Below are positions 61,421 to 64,000 of a DNA stretch of 64,000 bases, piece after piece. Numbering within the stretch: position 1 is the first letter of the stretch; every line of letters starts with the position of its first letter. Where the stretch lies: the NCBI RefSeq assembly GCF_963921235.1, contig NC_086108.1:33606001-33670000 (forward strand), given 5' to 3'. The position numbers and the translations under genes are program-made. The notes below the pieces were generated by a model, which worked only from the letters and a program-made list of their open reading frames with translations, was not told the origin of the DNA and made no database searches. This DNA comes from Mobula hypostoma. Lineage: Eukaryota.

Positions 61421-63424
61421 CAATGTGATTATCTCACGCAGTAGGGATATTCTGTTCTCCACTGTAAAGCTCAATAAGGCAAGATGCTTATCTTGAACAT
61501 TTGGTAGCTATTACTGCCTGCTTCTAATTCTACACAGGCACTTATCTTTAAATGCTACCCTCAATGCCAAATCATTTAGTCCACTTTCCAAATTTAATTC
61601 AAGTTCAACAGTTTCTTGAAAGGAGTGTTGGCTGCTGTAGAGAAACCATAGTTGGCATTTTTTTTTGAAAAAGCAGTTCTCCCTTGAATGAATGAGCTAT
61701 ATTGGCTAATTTATTCCTCATATTCCATATCTTTAAAGAGAAAAACAGAATTAAATATAATAATTTATCCTGATAAATAAGAATATAATCAATAATCAGA
61801 AAGTTACTGAAAAGCCAGAGAAGTTTGCTTTGCTGGTTTGAAGAAATATCAAACTTTAAAGCTCAGTGCATTGATAACATCCTGCAGGAAACAAGACAGC
61901 CTTATTGTTGCCTGTTAACATCTCTAAGCAAAACAAGCTTGTTTTTTTTTAAACAAAACAAAAAATATTATAGTACGGAGATACTATGATTCAGAAGGAA
62001 AAGCTGGCAATTCAAAGACATCTTTGGCTTTTAATTTCACCCCCTAATAAGTGCAGTTTGAGAGTGGAGGTAGGGATTTGGGGTGTGATTGGGACTAATG
62101 GCTACTGAAATAAATCAGAATCATTGGACAAACTAGCAGATTCAGAAGCTCGGGACGTTACACAATCAGTTTCATTATTCTGTCCAGCCCTGAGCTTCAG
62201 GATGGACTCCATTCTAAATTTTAAGCCAACACTGTTACTCACCACCCACCCCCACAACTCGCCTTGCTGGTGTTAAGCATTAAGTAGTGTTAGCCTGTCA
62301 GTGACGGACTCACAATTTGAAAGCATGTATAGGTTTCACTGTGATGAAAGAGGACTTTCAGCTCTGATGCAAAGAGTGGAAAAGTACTCGCCTGGATCCT
62401 GCACTGACTTTACAGCTGCCTGAGCCAAATCTTAGGCAGCTGTAAGCCTTGGCATCAGCATGAAAAAAAGTAAAATGAATGGTCTGCTTGTTTCCCTGAT
62501 ATTTACTGTCTTACCACTGGCTCCAGCACACATTACATTATCATTAGACTCAGCTAATGTCTATATTACAGTTCGAGCAGAGGGTCAGCTACTACATCTA
62601 CACTTTCTGAGAAACAAAAACCTTAGAATGTAAATACAGGAAAAGCAGCCTTGGAGATCTTGCTGCCTTCCCAAACAATGACAATTTGTTTTTCATTCAA
62701 TATAAAATTTTACTTAATAACCATTTCTGTTTGGAAACTGAAGGCTGCCAAAGCTTCAGGAAGTGCCTTATCAGGATATGAATCAGCTGTTATTGCTGTT
62801 ATATATACATTTAGAAGGAATGCAAATGCTTCCATAGGTATGAGAAAAAGAAGTGTTTAGCAAAATAAATGTCGATCCCTTACTTATGGAAACAGGAGAA
62901 ATCATAATTTGGAGTTATGAAATGGTAGAAACATTCAGCAGGATCATATTTTGACTCTGAAAGGTATAAATGCGCATTGGGCATTATAAGGATTGTTAAG
63001 AATTAAAGGGGTTGGCATTTATAAAAGATAAAGAAATTATTGAGGTAAAACCCAACAAAGTTCCTGCTTCTAATGGTTCTGCCTTGGAATTTTAGAATAG
63101 GAGCCAACAGGTATCGAGCATTACATTTGGCCTTTGAAAGTTTCCTAGATTGTACAATAGCCATATCAGCATAGATGGCGACAAACATAATAATCCTACT
63201 ATTCAGGAATATGGGGTGTTAGAAAAAGAGGATGAAATGTCAAATATTAAAGAACATAGATTTAAAGCAAAGGGGGGAGGTTTAAAGGAGATTTAAGAGG
63301 CTATTTTCAGTTTTTTCCCCCCACTAAGGATTTTAGCCCACTGCCAGGGGAAGTGCTAGAAACAGCTAAAATAGTTATGTTTAAAGGGCATTTAGACAAA
63401 CACATGAAAAGGTACACAATAGAA

Positions 63425-63503
63425 CAGGAGTTCCCAACCTTTTTATGCCACGGAGCCTTACCATTAACTGAGGGATCTATGGACTCCAGTTTGGGAACCC
63501 CTG
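63425..63503. mobile_element. hAT MITE copy inside an old CR1 3' fragment
   Basis: CAGGAGTTCCCAA...TTGGGAACCCCTG TIRs; body matches 46533-46614. Confidence 0.8.
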
Positions 63504-64000
63504 CAACACAGGGAATGGTCCAGTGCAGAGAGATGGGATTGAATAGATTTTCATCATGGTCAGCATAGGTATTGTAGACCAAAGGGCTTGCTCCTGTTCA
63601 ATACCATGCTACAGTATACTTTACTGTAAGCAGTTTTTGTCTTCTTACCCAAGATGACGAACTAAGATTTTAAAGATTGATTCTTGGGATGTAGGCCTTT
63701 CCTATGAGGTAAGATTGAGTACGTTAACCCATATTCTATAGAGTTTAGAAGAAGTGCAATCTCATTAAAATAATTAATCATTCTCTTGGCTGTAGAGTTT
63801 CAAACTTGCGATCACAGAGTTGGAATAAGGGTCCAGCCACCTATGGTGATGTGGAAACATTTCTTCACTCAGACATTGTGAATCATCGGAATTCTAGACT
63901 GCAGAGGGCAGATCATGGAGAGTTGCTGAGGATGAGGACATTCAAGGTGAATGGATTTTGAGATATGGAAGGGATCAAGGGATGTACAGGAAGTGTTGAA

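Noticed and set aside
62392..62461. Possible DDR2 first coding exon: minus-strand ATG CTG ATG CCA AGG (MLMPR) ending ...GAT CCA G|GCGAGT, a phase-1 GC donor
   Set aside because: There is an in-frame TAA at codon 10 and no hydrophobic signal-peptide core; the resemblance to the DDR2 N-terminus is probably chance.

Overview
Eukaryotic genomic DNA, not prokaryotic. The repeat landscape (CR1, Rex1/Babar, Penelope, V-/Deu-type SINEs) suggests a cartilaginous fish such as a ray or shark; that is an inference. The only host gene I can support is a discoidin domain receptor tyrosine kinase, best matching DDR2, on the minus strand. I traced 15 coding exons by hand from 52460 down to the TGA stop at 16179-16181. 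All have GT-AG boundaries and consistent phases, and together give 2516 nt: discoidin domain, DS-like domain, stalk, transmembrane helix, juxtamembrane region and an intact kinase. I found no signal-peptide exon; it probably lies beyond 64000. The rest is intronic or intergenic and dense in transposon remnants: Penelope-like elements (RT + GIY-YIG) whose 3' ends carry a minimal hammerhead ribozyme, many short derivatives of that tail, CR1 and Rex1/Babar LINEs, an R4/Dong-type RLE LINE, a palindromic mariner-derived element, hAT MITEs, nested LTRs and tRNA-derived SINEs. Most short ORFs in the track are spurious or transposon fragments. I found no clearly new biological system. The best leads are the hammerhead-bearing Penelope tail family, the mariner foldback, a weak splice donor after the transmembrane exon that could yield a kinase-less receptor, and lineage-specific residues in DDR2. 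Comparisons to human proteins and repeat families are from memory, not from database searches.
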